Positions 46,195 to 59,737 of a stretch of DNA of 64,000 bases are shown piece after piece. Origin of the DNA: Neophaeotheca triangularis (taxonomy: Eukaryota). The number at the start of each line of letters is the position of its first letter. Within the stretch, counting starts at the first letter, position 1. The notes under the pieces were generated by a model. That model was not told where the DNA came from. It did not search any database and saw only the letters and a list, made by a program, of their open reading frames with translations. The stretch covers positions 248,001 to 312,000 of the forward strand of contig BAAIJX010000019.1 in the NCBI GenBank assembly GCA_054600435.1, read 5' to 3'. The translations under genes and the position numbers were made by a program.

Positions 46195-47681
46195 TCACTC
46201 CAAAGGCTTCTCTTCTACCCTCTTATTCGCGCTCCGCTCTGTCTCTTCCGTCGTCCCCCCCTCCCCCTCCCCCTCAGCCTTCCTCTTTTCCCCAACCTGA
46301 TCCAACGCCTCAAACCGCTTCCGCACCTCTTCAGCTCTAGCCTCATCCTCCACGGCCTCGACCTCCCTCTCCTCAGCCTCCCTAACCGCCCTTTCCCTAG
46401 CCTCCCTAGCCTCCCGCTCACTCTTCTCCAGCGCCTCAAGCTCATCCTCCACCTCACCCTCATCAACCGCACCACTCGCGCCCTCGTTGATGACACCCGC
46501 AACCTCGTCCACTTCTCCCATCTGCTCCCGCAACCCCTCCATCACGTCCTGCACCCGTTCCACGCCACCCGTGCGCTCGTTCAAACTCCTCAAAGTGCTG
46601 CCGGCCGCTTCCATGACGTTGACGACTTCCACTTGGTCGCGCGCTTGTTCGATTTTGGCGTAGACTTCTTCCAGCTGGAGGAGTGTGGCGGAGCGGGAGG
46701 CGAGAGTCGTTTCGGCGAGTTTTTTCTGTTTTAGGGAGGTACGGGCGCTGGCGAGGTTGTTGCTTTTGACTGCCGTGCGGGTTTGGGCGTCGAGGGCGTT
46801 GACGCGCGTGCTGAGGGTGGTGGTTTGGGATTGTAGGGAGTGGATTAGGGAGCGTAGGGTTGCTGTCGTTGTGTCTTCGTGGGTTATCGGTTCCGGGGTG
46901 GAGGAGTTGGGGGCGTGGAATTTGAGGGTTGTGGTTGTCGAGGAGGTTGTGAGAGTTTTGCGGTCGCGCGAGAGGTGGGTGAGGAGGACTGAGAGGTCGG
47001 TGGGGGTTAGGGGAAGGTCGAGCTGGGTTTGCAGGTGTTGGGTTAGGAGGTCGGGAGTGAAGAGGCGGGAGGTCGGGGTTGGGCAGTCTTTTGCGATAAT
47101 GTCGAGGACGGCTTTGGCGGTGCTTTCGAGGTTGGCGATGAGGACGAAATCACCGGCGACTAGTTTGTCGGAGGCTGTGCTGCCTTCTTCGCTTAAGACG
47201 CCGAGTTGGCGGAGTCCCCACGAGACGACGTCCCAGGCGCTAGGGACCCAGGATTTGGCGTAGAGGCTAGTCTTGCTTTCGAGGAACTGCTTCAGCGGGA
47301 CTAGTTGTTTATTTTTGACCGCATCTTGAACTACTGCGTTCAATGCCAGCGGTCTTCCAAGGTCTGGAGCCTGCAGTGCCCGGACAAGTTCCTCGCCTGT
47401 GTGTAGAGTGAAGCGGTCATGTTGCGCACCGGCGCCTGTTTGAGCAGGCAAAAGGCCTTCTTTGGAGGCTAGAGAGAGAGCCCGCAGCCAGGCGATACTA
47501 TTCGCGTGGTATCCATCGGGGTTGGTCACTTTCTGGGAAGTGAAATCGCTGTAGAGGGAGGCCAGACGAGCGCGGCTGAGAATGGTTGTGTCAGTTTGGT
47601 CGTTGCTGGGTAGGGACAGGGGAGGGCTGACCTACGGAACGCTTCATCGTGCGTTTGAAGAAATTCAAGCAGGGATGCCAT
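46195..47681 (-). CDS. CHMP7: ESCRT-II/III hybrid Snf7-family protein (CHMP7/Chm7/Cmp7); intron 47576-47631
   Basis: N-terminal RARLASLYSDF...NPDGY.AN..AW winged-helix region, followed by a C-terminal Snf7 domain (KIEQARDQVEVV, GGVERVQDVMEGLREQM, VDEGEVEDELEAL). Confidence 0.88.
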
Positions 47682-47969
47682 TTTGCGCGTCGATTTGTAG
47701 ATGTCGTAGTCTTCGTTTGTGAAAGAAACGAGGTATAGCCTCGATCTCTCCCAAAGCGGTAATCTTCGTAGAGAGCTAATATACATCTCGTTAATAGACA
47801 GCCCAGCGTTAGCGTGCCATTTCTGTGGCCAATCAGTGGCATCGAATCTACACCTGCCATCGCGTCACTTACCACTCACGCGTCGAGCACTTTAGAGCCA
47901 AAACATTCTCGACCTTTACCTCGACCCATAGCGTCGGCAGACGCATACCACAAACACGACGAACACCCC

Positions 47970-49757
47970 ATGGACGCCGGCAACAATATCCCAGACCCAA
48001 CTGACTGGCTCCAAACGCCCCTCTCAACCCTCAGCTCTCTAGAATCAGCCCTTCACTGCCAGATATGCAAAGAATTCTACGACACTCCGATGATAACATC
48101 TTGCTCGCACACCTTCTGCTCGCGATGTATCCGTACCAGTCTGAGCGCCGAGGGCAAGTGTCCTGCTTGTCGGGCGAGTGATCAAGCGAGTAAGCTGAGG
48201 AACAATTGGGCTGTGGAGGAGGTTGTGGGGGCGTTCTTGACAGCGAGGCCGGATGTGTTGGGTTTGGCGAGGAAGGGGGCGGAGGAGAAGGCTGATGGTG
48301 ACGGCGAGGTGAAGGGTAGGAGGGGAAAGAGGAAGAGGGTGTCGGGTGGGGGTGATGGTGGGGGAGAGACGGCAGGGAGGGATACGCGAAGGAAGAGTAG
48401 GAGGATTGCCGCTAGTCAAGGCTCCCAGCCTGAGGAGTTGGTCGAAGTTGTAGACTCGGAGGACGAGGAATTCCAACCAGAAGGGGAGGACGAGATGGAT
48501 GCTGAGCCGAACGATGGCTTAGTCGCTTGTCCATTGGGATGTGGCAAGCGCATGAAAGAAGAAGCGGTCTTTACACATCTCGATCGGTGTGAAGATGAGC
48601 AGAAACAGGCTAAGAAGGAGAAAACAAAACCACCTCTGACGAATGGGAAGGGTGCAAGGAACGCGCGGCGACCTGAGGATCGCATAGCTGAATTGAGTTA
48701 TAGTATGATGAAGGAAAATGCGCTACGAAAGAAGCTGGCTGAATTAGGCTTACCCAACTCGGGCAGCAAACAGCTCATGGTGCGACGGCATACTGAGTGG
48801 GTGAATTTATGGAATGCGAATTGCGACTCAAACGCTCCCCGGACGAAACGCGAGCTCCTTCACGACCTGGACACGTGGGAGCGAACACAAGGCGGCCGAG
48901 CCCCTCATGGGGGTTTAGGCAGAGCATCAGCACTCATGGAAAAGGACTTTGACGGTGCGAGATGGGCTAACAAGAATAAAGACGACTTCAGCCGTCTCAT
49001 CGCGGACGCCAAACGAAAGAAAGGTAGTCCGGCTGAATCAACCTCCCAACCTAAAGGCCCCGGCGAAAACACCAATCACGACCGCCCCTTCCGCAAGTTC
49101 TCCGAACCAGCCTTGAATGGTGACGAAAGCAGCAGCCACCACTTCCCTTCGAGTTCAGTAGCAAGACAAACGTCCCCGCCGACCACACGCGCCGCCCCTC
49201 CAACCCTTCACCACCAACCCTCCTCCTCAGGCGACCCTAACCCCTATGAAAACAACGAGAAAGCAATGACCTCGATCCGCGCCAAAGTCGCCGCCGCCAA
49301 CCACAACGAACCGATCAGACCGCTCATGAACGCCGGTTTCGAGCGGCCAGAGACAACACAAGACATGTCGCCCGCCCAAACTGAGCACCCCTCCATCGCG
49401 CCCCCTGACGATGCAAGCAGACTCGACACCTCAACCACCCCTGCGCCCCCCGAAGGCAACCATGAACCTCTGATCGCGCAGTCCCATTTCGGCCTGGAAA
49501 CTCCAAACGACGATCCACAACCACAGGACCCTCAACCCAAAATCCATTCATCTCCTGATCACCCCCTATCTCAACCCCCCATCGACCCCAACACAATGGG
49601 CGGCATGGGCCACAACCACTCCTCCGGCTCACACCCCACGCACCTCCACCACCCGAGCCGGAAAGTCCCAATGTTCGCTGTGCCTCGTGATCCGGTTAGT
49701 GATCTTGATGGCGTGGAAGCTGGGAGCGCGGGTGGGGAGATGGGAGGGGGGGATTAG
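47970..49757 (+). CDS. RAD18: Post-replication repair E3 ubiquitin ligase Rad18
   Basis: IPDPTDW, RING CQICKEFYDTPMITSCSHTFCSRCIR...CPACR, UBZ CP..C...HLD.C, SAP LRKKLAELGL...GSK, and LWNANCDS. Confidence 0.96.
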   Translation: MDAGNNIPDPTDWLQTPLSTLSSLESALHCQICKEFYDTPMITSCSHTFCSRCIRTSLSAEGKCPACRASDQASKLRNNWAVEEVVGAFLTARPDVLGLARKGAEEKADGDGEVKGRRGKRKRVSGGGDGGGETAGRDTRRKSRRIAASQGSQPEELVEVVDSEDEEFQPEGEDEMDAEPNDGLVACPLGCGKRMKEEAVFTHLDRCEDEQKQAKKEKTKPPLTNGKGARNARRPEDRIAELSYSMMKENALRKKLAELGLPNSGSKQLMVRRHTEWVNLWNANCDSNAPRTKRELLHDLDTWERTQGGRAPHGGLGRASALMEKDFDGARWANKNKDDFSRLIADAKRKKGSPAESTSQPKGPGENTNHDRPFRKFSEPALNGDESSSHHFPSSSVARQTSPPTTRAAPPTLHHQPSSSGDPNPYENNEKAMTSIRAKVAAANHNEPIRPLMNAGFERPETTQDMSPAQTEHPSIAPPDDASRLDTSTTPAPPEGNHEPLIAQSHFGLETPNDDPQPQDPQPKIHSSPDHPLSQPPIDPNTMGGMGHNHSSGSHPTHLHHPSRKVPMFAVPRDPVSDLDGVEAGSAGGEMGGGD

Positions 49758-50334
49758 CGAATGTAATGATGAATATTGGGAGACGAGTGGGTCTGAAAGG
49801 ATTTGGTGGGTTTAGGGAATGGGTGCGGTCTGCTCTACTCCTCTTCGGGTGGGATTGGGGTTCTGGGTAGATTGCGAGGGTTAGGCATTGGATTTATGAT
49901 AGTGGTGGGGGTTGGGATGGCGAGCGGTTCTTTGAAGAGTGTGGCTTTGATGTTGCTTGGATGTACTTGGGCCACGAGACTTGCGAAATGGGACATTGAG
50001 AGCGCGGAAGGGTGGGCCAGGCCAGTGTATGTAGGCTTGTCGCTGTCTCTTGTCACTATCGCCCACCTTTTACAATTCCGACGCGGTCACGCAGCTATCG
50101 CTTGTCCATCGAACTGGTAAAGCTTTACATACTCTAATATCTATACACACTCCCTTCCAGCCCTTCGCGGCTACGATGTGGCTTGGGCTTTTAGAATCAT
50201 ATTCTCGGAAAATTGCAGTGTATTAGCAACAAGACAATGCGATAGCCCTTCCCACCACGTGTTCTCTTAAACTCCAAACGCCGCGCTAAGCCAACTAAAT
50301 AATTTCACATGCCCATCAACATCGTCTCTCGCGC

Positions 50335-50954
50335 TCAGACTGTTCGCTTCGTCAGCCATACATTTTTCACAAGACAGAGGGGGTTAAGGGGCGGGGGACT
50401 CTTACTCCCAAGATAATCCGCCGCCATTAGCAGTTCCAAACACAACTCATCCGGCAGTTCCAGATCGGCGACGTCTTTGCTATTGGCGTTTTTCTCCTGC
50501 GCGGCGGGATGTTAATTGAAAAGGGACTTCCGCCTAAGAGACGGAGGTGGTGGCAAAGGCTGGGTCGGAGAGGAGAGGGCGTACGTTGTAGTAGAGGTAG
50601 AGGCAGACTTGTTCTAGCACCACACCGCTGTGTGGTAAGTCAGTAGCCGTGGTGCGGTTGTGGTGGTTGATGTTAGTTTTGGGCCTCTTACGTGATGGTC
50701 TCGAGGCGGATGATGTTGGTTTTGGATTCGGCGAAGCCGCCTGTGAGGGTGGATCTTGTCAGCTTTCGCGGGTTGCTCGATGGGTGTTGTAGTGGTTGGC
50801 GGTGGTGGAAGAATCGGATGGTGTGATTCTACGTACTTGCAGGGTTCAGCATCTGTCGTATCACTTTGCTGATGCAGGCCGCGGAACGCGAGAGGACGAA
50901 GGAATAGCCGTCTTCGGAGATGATGGTGACGAAGTCGGATAGGTTGTCGGACAT
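50335..50954 (-). CDS. ELC1: Elongin C (5 exons; last exon is 5 nt)
   Basis: VTIISEDGYSFVL.RSAACIS..IRQML, FAESK, VLEQVCLYLYYN and ELCLELLMAADYL, assembled across four introns. Confidence 0.9.
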
Positions 50955-51821
50955 TGTGGTGGTGTTGAGGGGATTTGTTTGGGTCAGCAGAATGGTTGAT
51001 GGCGGTTGCAGAGATATCGTGTACTTGGAAGTGTTGGCTGAGGTGAGACGACCCGCGTTGCCGAATGCGACTTGCTGCCAAGGCGTGATGTCCTCCAAGT
51101 GAAGTGCTCGCGTTAATGTGGAGGCGACTCGATGGCGGAAGGTGTGCCGAGTCTTCACCGACGACATCAACACCTAGATCACGTCCAGAATCTCTTGACA
51201 CCTCGTGCTCTCGTCCGCCAAGTAGGCGCTGTCCTAGATCATCTTCCATGATCCACCATGGGACCGCCTCAGATACACCGACAAGAGTGCCGCATATGGT
51301 CCCTTACATCAAAGACTAGCTGCGCCACGTTCTCAGCAAACACTACGGCCGTAAGAGCTTGCCCAGGTGGTTACGCTCGAAAGAAACAGCCCAGATCGAG
51401 TTGTCCCAGGCAGCCACCCGCAACATTTGCTTAAGACCCGTCTTACGCGCAGCCTTGGATATTCAAGATGACGCCGTACAAACAAGCCTGGCTGAACATT
51501 CGAGCTGGCGTCTGCCCCGATGCCACATTTGATTCGGCGGGTTTGCGATGTCCCGCTCACCTCAGACGGACATGCGGACTTGGCTGGAACGTTCCAAGGT
51601 TGGGTTCGTCAGCATTTACTCGATGCAAGTAAGCACTAGCACTTGCACTCTCCCATGAGCTGCTCGAGGTAAAGAACGGGACCAGTCCGCACATTGTCCG
51701 GGTACCTAGCTATCTATCTCTTTCTTCCCATAGATCAAAGGATACACCAAATACTTTTCTCCCGCTGGTAGTTCAATCCACTCGCTTTTCATTGCAAGCC
51801 TGCTCAACACAACTTGCAACA

Positions 51822-52824
51822 ATGGGCGAGTTTAAGAGCCTCGTGCCTCCTGTCTCGAAGCGCCCCCGCTCCAATTTCTTCGGCCCAGCTAGCAATTGGA
51901 CGGTACGCATTCCCCCAAGCCATTACATTTCCATAAAACAAGCCTCATCAATCACGTTGCAGCTCCTGCGAGATCAATTCACAATCCCCACCTGGCTCGC
52001 AATTGGAGGAGCGCTCCAAGGCTTCTGCTTCCTAACCATCGGCCGCATCTCCTTGCTCCCGGCTTTCATACTCCTTCTCTACCGCGTCCTCGACACCTAC
52101 GCCCAATCAGTCGGTCTCAAACACAACAGCTACATGGACAATGTCGACCCACGCAAAGTCTCCGCTCAACCCCCGGACGAACTCGGCAACTACGGCTCCC
52201 AACCAGCCTCCCAAGACATGGTGGTTTTATTGATTGGCGCCCGCAGCAACCACGCCTACGGCGCCCTGGCCCCGCGCTTCAAGGACATTGGCGACTTCTT
52301 CCGTGCCATGGCCGAGGACCTGGACTCCCACGCCGACGAGTTCGGCTTTCTGGGAATGACGTCTTGGCTCAACATCACCGACCGCACCAGCAACAACGAG
52401 TCCATGAACGTCGCCTACTTCCGTAGTGTCGAGGGCTTGCATGCCTTCGCTCATTCCAAGTATCACCGCGTGGGCTGGGATTATTGGAACAAACACGCCG
52501 CCGATTGCAAGCACATTTCCATCTGGCATGAGGTCTACCACGCGCCCAAGGGGCATTGGGAGAAGTAAGTCAGACCGTGCGAGCTCTTCGTAAGCGGGGT
52601 TGTTTGCTGATTGTGCTAGTATCTACATCAACTCTCATGAAACGGGTGTTTTGAGCACGACTTATTCAATCACGGATAAGGAGACCGGGGGGACCATGTA
52701 TGCGAGTCCGATCGTTGATGCGAGTAAGGGTTTGTTCAAGACGTCCAGTAGGCGGATGGGAAGGCCTGAGTCGAGCGAGTATAAGAAGTTGCCGGCGGCG
52801 GATCCGTATGATGTTAAGGTGTGA
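51822..52824 (+). CDS. DUF4188 / af470-like monooxygenase-family protein; introns 51903-51962 (in-frame, weak branch site) and 52565-52619
   Basis: Motifs VVLLIGARSNH, FGFLG, YFRSVEGLHAFAH..YHR.GWDYWN and ISIWHEVY.APKGHWE.IY.N. Confidence 0.82.
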
Positions 52825-53709
52825 GTGGTCCGCTTTGGAGTTCGCTGTTTCTGAAGCCCCGGGAACCCGAGTCAAGCTCTCAATGGTGAATTCTTGTGCA
52901 GTAGGTCGCGGTCAGGCGCTGGCTTGCGAATGTTCTGTGGTGCTTTCCACTATTCTTCTGGCTGCTATTGGTTGGCTCGGCACATTGCGAGGCTTGAGAG
53001 ATTTAACTAGATCGCTCGCTCGCTCTCACTGGTCTGCTTTTTTCCTGGTCAGACTTTTTGTTCTCCCATGTCTATTCTTTGGTCTAATTCCCGCAGTTCA
53101 GAGGCCGCGGTCATGAACTTTTCCAGGAGAGCAACCTGACTCCAGCCCTTGCTAAACTTACGTCCTCGCGCGAAACCATGCAAAGCAGGCCGTGGCTGCT
53201 AGTGCAGTCAACTGAAGAGGCGTACAATAGAGGTCGAAGAGAACAGAAATAATTCGCTACTCGCTATTTGAGAACCCCGAAACCTCGGAAATACCTACCG
53301 GCGTCCGTGGAAAGAAACAGGACTCCCTAAAAGCCCAGGGGCGCCTGCCTGCCTCTGTCCCCCAAAAAAAAAAAAAGAGAATATAAGGAGTCTAGAAAAC
53401 ATGGAACACAAGCTCATCGCACCCAAGTAAATACCCCCTTCCTTCCCTATACGGTATCAACACAGCCCGGCGTGCTGATCCAGAGGCTACTGCAGAAAAG
53501 CAAGCCCTCACTGGCCGTTGCATGGCTTCTGCCTATGGTCAGTAGGAACCGAGATGAGCTCTTGGGCGAAGACGATTGCCGCTTGTAGAGCTGGGATGTC
53601 TCCAATCTCCGTGGAACTGGAAGAAAATCGGTCAGTAACTTGTACATATGCGGCCGAAAGTCGATGATTTCGCCAGGGTATAACTCGCACAAATGAACTG
53701 CCGCAGCTC

Positions 53710-55522
53710 TCATGCCACAAGGACACGAGCCAGAATTTCTTCGATGTCTTGCCACTTCTTGTTCTCGCCCAGATTGTCCGCAGCCCAAGCAAGGCTCTCG
53801 TTGATCCCGGGTCCGGCAAATTCCAACCGGAATGTTCCTCTCCATGCCTCCATATCGCCTTCCCGTCGGCCCCACTTGAGGTGCGAGTTCCTGGTGCAGT
53901 CACCTTCCTCATGGAATAAAGTCCATGGCGGAAGGGAGTGTTCATTTGCGACCTTGTAGTATCCGAAGTGAATCACCAGTAGCTCCAGAGCTCCGAAGTC
54001 GAGATTGGCAAAGAAATGCAGGTTTTCCTTCAGATTCTGCATGACGGCTTCAATTTTCTCCCCGTTGGACTTCTCCAATGATTCGAGCTCAAGCTTCTTC
54101 AAGGACTTGAAGCCTGCCTCGCCTTCCACCATTGAGTCGCTCAGCATCATGCTGTCGATAGTGAAGTGCTCGAGGGCTGTCAAGTTCGCGAACCAGCCAA
54201 GAGGGCATGAACTGGTAATATCGTACTCAGTGCGATTGAGTAACTTTAGTCGTTGCAGGGTAGGTGCGTGTTGGTGGAGTGCTTGACACAGTTCATGCCA
54301 CATCACGTACAGCTCGTATTCGCTTCCGTAGGGACCGAAAGTGAAGCCAGTATCTCCGTACGGCTGACTTAGAAAATCTAGCCTTAAGTAGTGCCAGTGG
54401 ATGATGATTTTGCGGAGACCTGAGCAGCTTCCGATGATACATGCAGCATGGTCGCCGTCCAGGTAGCCCTCATGCAAGACCAGCGTGGATAGCGAGTTGC
54501 CTGCCGACTGAGCCAGAGGAGCATATAGTACTCGCACCTGCTCTGCTGTCTCTCTGGCTTCGAAATTCCAAGCGGCCATGCTTTCGCCAGTGAAGGTTTT
54601 CACAGATGGCAGACGGATGAGGGATGAAGACAACGATACCATTTCATCGGCAGGGTCATCCGGGAACGAAGCAAAGAAAACTGGGCCCTTCATTTCGATC
54701 TCGTCGAGTCTGGAGTAGCGAGAGCCATCCTGGCAGGCTGGCTGTGAAGTACACGAAGTAGCGTTGGTAGCTGGGGGCAAAAGATGCAGTGGGGTAGCGC
54801 TAATTTCGAGAAGCCTTTGTTCATAGCCCATTCGTAACACGAAATCCGAAGAAACTCGATATTGGGAACGAGCCAGAGGGCAAGTAGCAGTTCCGACGAC
54901 GCACATGCGCGCTCTAGGCCCACGCGTATCGCATCTCGAACAATTTTGGGCTTCACCAACTTGACTGTATTGAGCAGCAGATCGAGCTCCTGTCCTTCCG
55001 GGATCTTCGATGCTTCCAAGGTATACGGCAATGGGTAGAATAAGAAGTTCTTGACCTTTGCTGCGAGACGCGGGTGTCTTGCGAGGGTGAGAAGAAACGG
55101 CCTGATGATTGGCTGCGGAGAGAACTGGTAGATGCTTTCGTCTTTCGCTTGGCGTGAGGAGAAGGTCTCGTACAAGAGGGGAGTCGAGATCCTGTTGAAT
55201 CGCTTAGAAACCTTTGCAAGAGGAATCATCGCGCTTTGGAGGCCAAGTCGCTCGGAGTGAAGCAGGACTTCGAAGATGTCGCAGACCAGCTCATCAGGGA
55301 GCCGTTCAAATTGGTTGGTGGGTTTGGTAATAGAGGAGGTAACCTTGGTGACGAATGTTGAAGCGAGACTGCTGGTGATGTCGGAGATCCCAACCTGAAT
55401 ACACGGTCAGTGGTGCTGTACTAGAAGCGATATGAACAGCCTCTACTCACTTCAGTCAACTCGCTGACATGTACCTTGTTGGAGGTGCTGGCGCCGTGAG
55501 GCAGGCCTTGTTCGTCCGCCAT
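53710..55522 (-). CDS. F-box protein with LRR-like C-terminus; frame discontinuity near 54730-54840 (frameshift or weak intron), possibly a pseudogene
   Basis: ATG 55522, intron ~55395-55450, then the F-box FERLPDELVCDIF...LAKVSKRFNRISTPLLY. The C-terminal half (L..LVL..., LQRLKL, LTALEHFTID) is in a different frame. Confidence 0.6.
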
Positions 55523-55559
55523 TTCACTGAAGATGGTATTCTCTTCGGTATTGGTATAG

Positions 55560-56160
55560 CAGTAGAAGTATTCAAGGAGTAAGGGTGCCGGTATGGGAAG
55601 AGAAAAGTGTAAGTAGGTAAGCTTCGGTGTTGGGTACCAGTGGAAATATCCAAGTAGCAGGAGTGTGAGAATGGTTAGAAGAAAGTGTAAGTAGGTAGGT
55701 AGGTATAAAAAGGAGATTGTAAGAAAGAAGCCGAGTAGGTACCTTTTACCTACTTTATAAGGGGGGTTACGTGCTCTTAGTCACCAGTTACTTAGCACGT
55801 AAGGTAGTCGCGCAGTCACTTGGTCGTGCTGGACGTGAAAACTTTTTACATGTGAAGCAGAAGAGTGAAGTTGAAGATAGCGGTCTAGTAACCTACAGAC
55901 GATAAAACATATCTTAGGGGCTCTTTAGATGTGGCATGTCACAGGTCAGTTGCTTAAGTAGTATATATTAACTTAAAAGGCATTGATAAATTAAGTCGTA
56001 AACATTACGCTGCTATTTACCTACTATGTTATTCAACAGACATAGGATTATTAATCGCTTTACTAGGCATAACGGCGATAAGTGTGCGAAGAGCGTACTG
56101 TTTCTTAAGACAGCAGACATTCATAAAATTGTGACTCTAGGAAGGGCGGTTATGCCGTCA
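55560..56160. other. AT/TpA-rich tract, possibly a RIP-degraded repeat remnant
   Basis: Visibly AT-rich with abundant TA/TAG/TAA compared with the GC-rich flanks. No ORF. Confidence 0.35.
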
Positions 56161-58488
56161 ATACCTACGTTCTTTGTTTCACTCGTTCTGAAGTAGTCAG
56201 CTCTACATGAGGACAAAACAAGTAGAAAGGGCCGCACATGCTTGATGCCCCGGGTCTACATCCACAACACCTTTTGTAAGTCACTAAATCATCGAGAAAC
56301 AAAATAGAATTGCGCAAAATGTATATTATTATAGCGAATGTGTTTACAGTCTCTCTGATTCCTCCCCCATTGTCATCTCGTATGAGTGCACTCCTGCTCC
56401 ACTCAAGCATCACGGCAGAAGAGGATGCCAGGGCAATACTTCTCATAAAATCCGACAACTTTCCACACCGGAAAGACGATCGTGTCCTCTGGCATGTAGA
56501 TAATGCCTTCATATTTAACCGCATGCCCCTGACACTCTATCTACCTCATCTCCCGTATCCCCCGGGGGTTGGATGGTCAATTTGGACCCATGAATCCCGG
56601 TCTCTTCGACGGATGCAGTAGTCGACGGGTGTTTCACCCATATGGATTCTTTGAAGCTGACTATAAGCATAATAAGCTCGAAAACAATAGGTCCTGTGAT
56701 ATTATTGTCGTCTAAGCGAAGATGGCGAATTCCCGTGAAGACCACTTCCGAGGTTGGAGCAGGGGAGAAGTCTTGTGGTGAGACCGACCTTCGACGGGGT
56801 GTTCCTGTTGAGCAGCGTTTGATGGCTCGAGGTTTTGAGAGGTATAGGTGTCGTCAACTGCACATCGCCTGTTGCTGATTCACTATCGCTTGTCATCGAG
56901 GCCATAGAGAAAGCGCGTGTACTTGGTTTCTTCTCTACCTACCACAGTACCACTGAAATTCAACTCGCTGACTTCGCAACGAGCATGCTATCTAAGGAGT
57001 TCCCAGTCTCGTGTCACTTCCGGTGAGGGACCGAAGCCAGGTTCGATGTCCTTCCCCTGCTCAAGTGGAAAGCTCGTGTTTCAATCAATACAGCGCCGGA
57101 TGCTACGCCGAAACGGGTCCAGTGCTCGCAAGACCTACTAATTGCAGCATTGACAAGTAGCACTTCTCGTGCGGCGGTCGTAGCAGCGTCTGATGTGCCA
57201 AACTGGAAGCAGAGCTGCTTCATCGATGACAGTTCCATCTGCGCAATCGAGAGCTCCATGTGCCGACGCCTCGTCCAGTAGAGTCGAGGAAATCCACCGT
57301 GATCTGGTGTAGGGGATTGATGTTGTCGGGTGGTTAAAAAAACGGACGTGGAAGGAGTCCAGGTAAAGAAGTAGGGTTGATGAGATGTAGTGGAAAGTAT
57401 AGCATGTGGGAAGCATGTATATTTCGATAGCCCGGAACGTGGTGTATTGATCATGCGGTCCCGCTCCGGCGATGAGTGAAGAACGAGCCTTGCGCGGCCA
57501 GAAGAATCGTTCTGAGCTGCAACGTGTGACTCCGAGACTGAGGGCACCTTCTCAAAGCGCTACTGAGGCTCGTGATAGATCGACTCGCGCAGCACGAGAC
57601 TTTGAATGAGCTAGAGAATAAAGTCGAGTGGGTGTCGTTTCGAAGGCTGCATTCGGTGGAGGCATGAATCGGAAGAGGGAGGGGGATAGTAAGTCTATAG
57701 ACGCTTAGGAGGACGGCAGGTGGACGGTCGATGCACGAGAGGGTTGGAGATTAGAACTCGAAAGGGCTTCTATTTCGCTATCATACTCATTCCAATACCT
57801 CATAACCTCGCTGTCGAGTCGGATGTAAGCGTCGTGCTCTCCGAAAGGCCATTGATGAAGCCAAAGAGCTGAGGAGAAGCGGCTGCTGCGCTGTGACTGG
57901 GGAAGGTTGCCAACGAAGCATCATTTCAGGACTTGAACTTCGGAGAAATCTTGCAAAAACACGCATGTACGACAGGGGGGTTGTCATTGAATGCTGAGAG
58001 CAGTAGAGGTGAGGTTGAAGTTGAGACGCCACCGGCGGCTTGGCATTTGCCCATCCGCTTCGGCCGTCGACCACTTCCATGAGTATACTCTACATCTACC
58101 CTTTTTCTTGACGTGTCGGTTTATGCCAGATCGAGATGTCTGCTTTGGTACTATATCCATGGCATTGCTTGGGCTCCATGTCTCCTGAGCGCAGACCCCT
58201 TGAGTAGGCGGCATTCTCGTAACATGGCCATGGCAGCGACTGATCAACTAGTAGAGCGTCGCTCGTGAGATGCTGTGGTAACAAGCCTCGGTGGCCGGAC
58301 GAGGCATTCAAAACGATATCAACGGCGACGAAGAATACACCGTTGTTGCGATTGCTAATCCATACATTACAGCGCTTGGGAATTACACCGAACAACCCGA
58401 GCAAGCAAAGACAAATTGCCAATTCCGAACAGTCGGCAACGTCCTGCTGAAACCTGTCCAAACCGTTCAAACAACCAACAGCACATCC

Positions 58489-59737
58489 CTAAGCCCATTT
58501 CCCAAGCAGCGCCATAAGCCCCGCCCCAAGCAAAACCGAACAAACCATAAAAGCCAACTGCTTATTATCCCTAGTCCTCTGCGGATTATACAAAAAGTCC
58601 CTAGCCAAGAGCTCCACCAAGCCCGTATAGATCAAGATGCCGGCGGACACGGCATCCAGCACGCCACTCACGACATTAGCGGTGTAGCTATCGCCATTGT
58701 ACGTCGTCCGCACTCCAAGACCTATAGCGATGGCGATGGGGGTCGTGAGCCCGTAAGCGGCGCACAGTACCCAGGGCAGCCAGTTGAGACGTTTGGGGAA
58801 GGGGATCGATGACATGCGGGCGCCGATGCCGAGGCCTTCGAAAGCTTGGTGGAAGACGATGACTGGGTAGAGGACGTTGAATTCGTCGCCGGCGGTGCCG
58901 AGAGTCAGGCCGATGATGACGGAGTGGAAAATCTACGGCAGGGTTGGGGGTTAGCTAGGTTGGTTTTGTGGGATCTGAGGGTGCGGAGGGGCCTACGACG
59001 CCAAATTCAAGGATGAGGAAACCGGCGATCTGCTGTTTGAAACCACGGTCTTCGAGGACCGAGTCGGTTTCGTCACTGTAGGCGTCGGCGTCTAGTTCTT
59101 TTTTGCTCTGGCTTTGAGACCTGTCTTGGTCGCCGGAGTGCAGGGCTTGGTGTCCCACGCTCTGGGAGCGGGACTCTGTGTAGCGGAGTTGGCCGGGGTC
59201 GATATTGCGGCGGTGCGTGGCGCCTTCTTCGTCGCCGTGGTAGCTGCCGTATTTCACCTCGACATAACGTTCGGCCGCGAAGTCGAGGAGGAAGACTACC
59301 ATCACGGAGGTCAGGATGATGCAGGGGACCCAGTCGTAGAGGGCCCAGCCGCCTGTCATCCCTACGCAGGTGTCTCCTCCGATTGACTCGTAGGCTGGGG
59401 CGAGGAGGCTGAGGAGCGGTCAGCAAATCGTTGTAGCCAAAAGGTTGTGATTTGGGGCGCCTTACTGCATGAAAGCGGTCGCGACGATCACGCCACTGCC
59501 GAAGTATCGAGCGAAGAGGTAGACATAGTGCGGGATGTGCAGCTTTCGCACCCTAGTCGCTGCAACGGGAAAGAATGTGACAGCGCTTGAAGTCACGAGA
59601 ACAACGAAGATGGCGGAGACGCGGGCGCCCAGCATGCCATTGTACTCATTTCCGCCTTGATTCAGGTAACAGATAATGTCCCTAGCGTCAGCAGTGTTGA
59701 GGTCGACAGCGGTTGGGACGAAATCGGAAGACGACAT
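58489..59737 (-). CDS. ZIP-family zinc transporter (Zrt1/Zrt2, ZrfA/ZrfB type); introns 59409-59465 and 58933-58996
   Basis: Motifs NEYNG.LGARVSAIFV, YFGSGVIVATAF.HLL.PA, FLILEFGVIFHSVIIGL.LG, FHQAFEGLGIGAR, GILIYTGLVELLA.DF and MALLGKWA. Confidence 0.95.
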
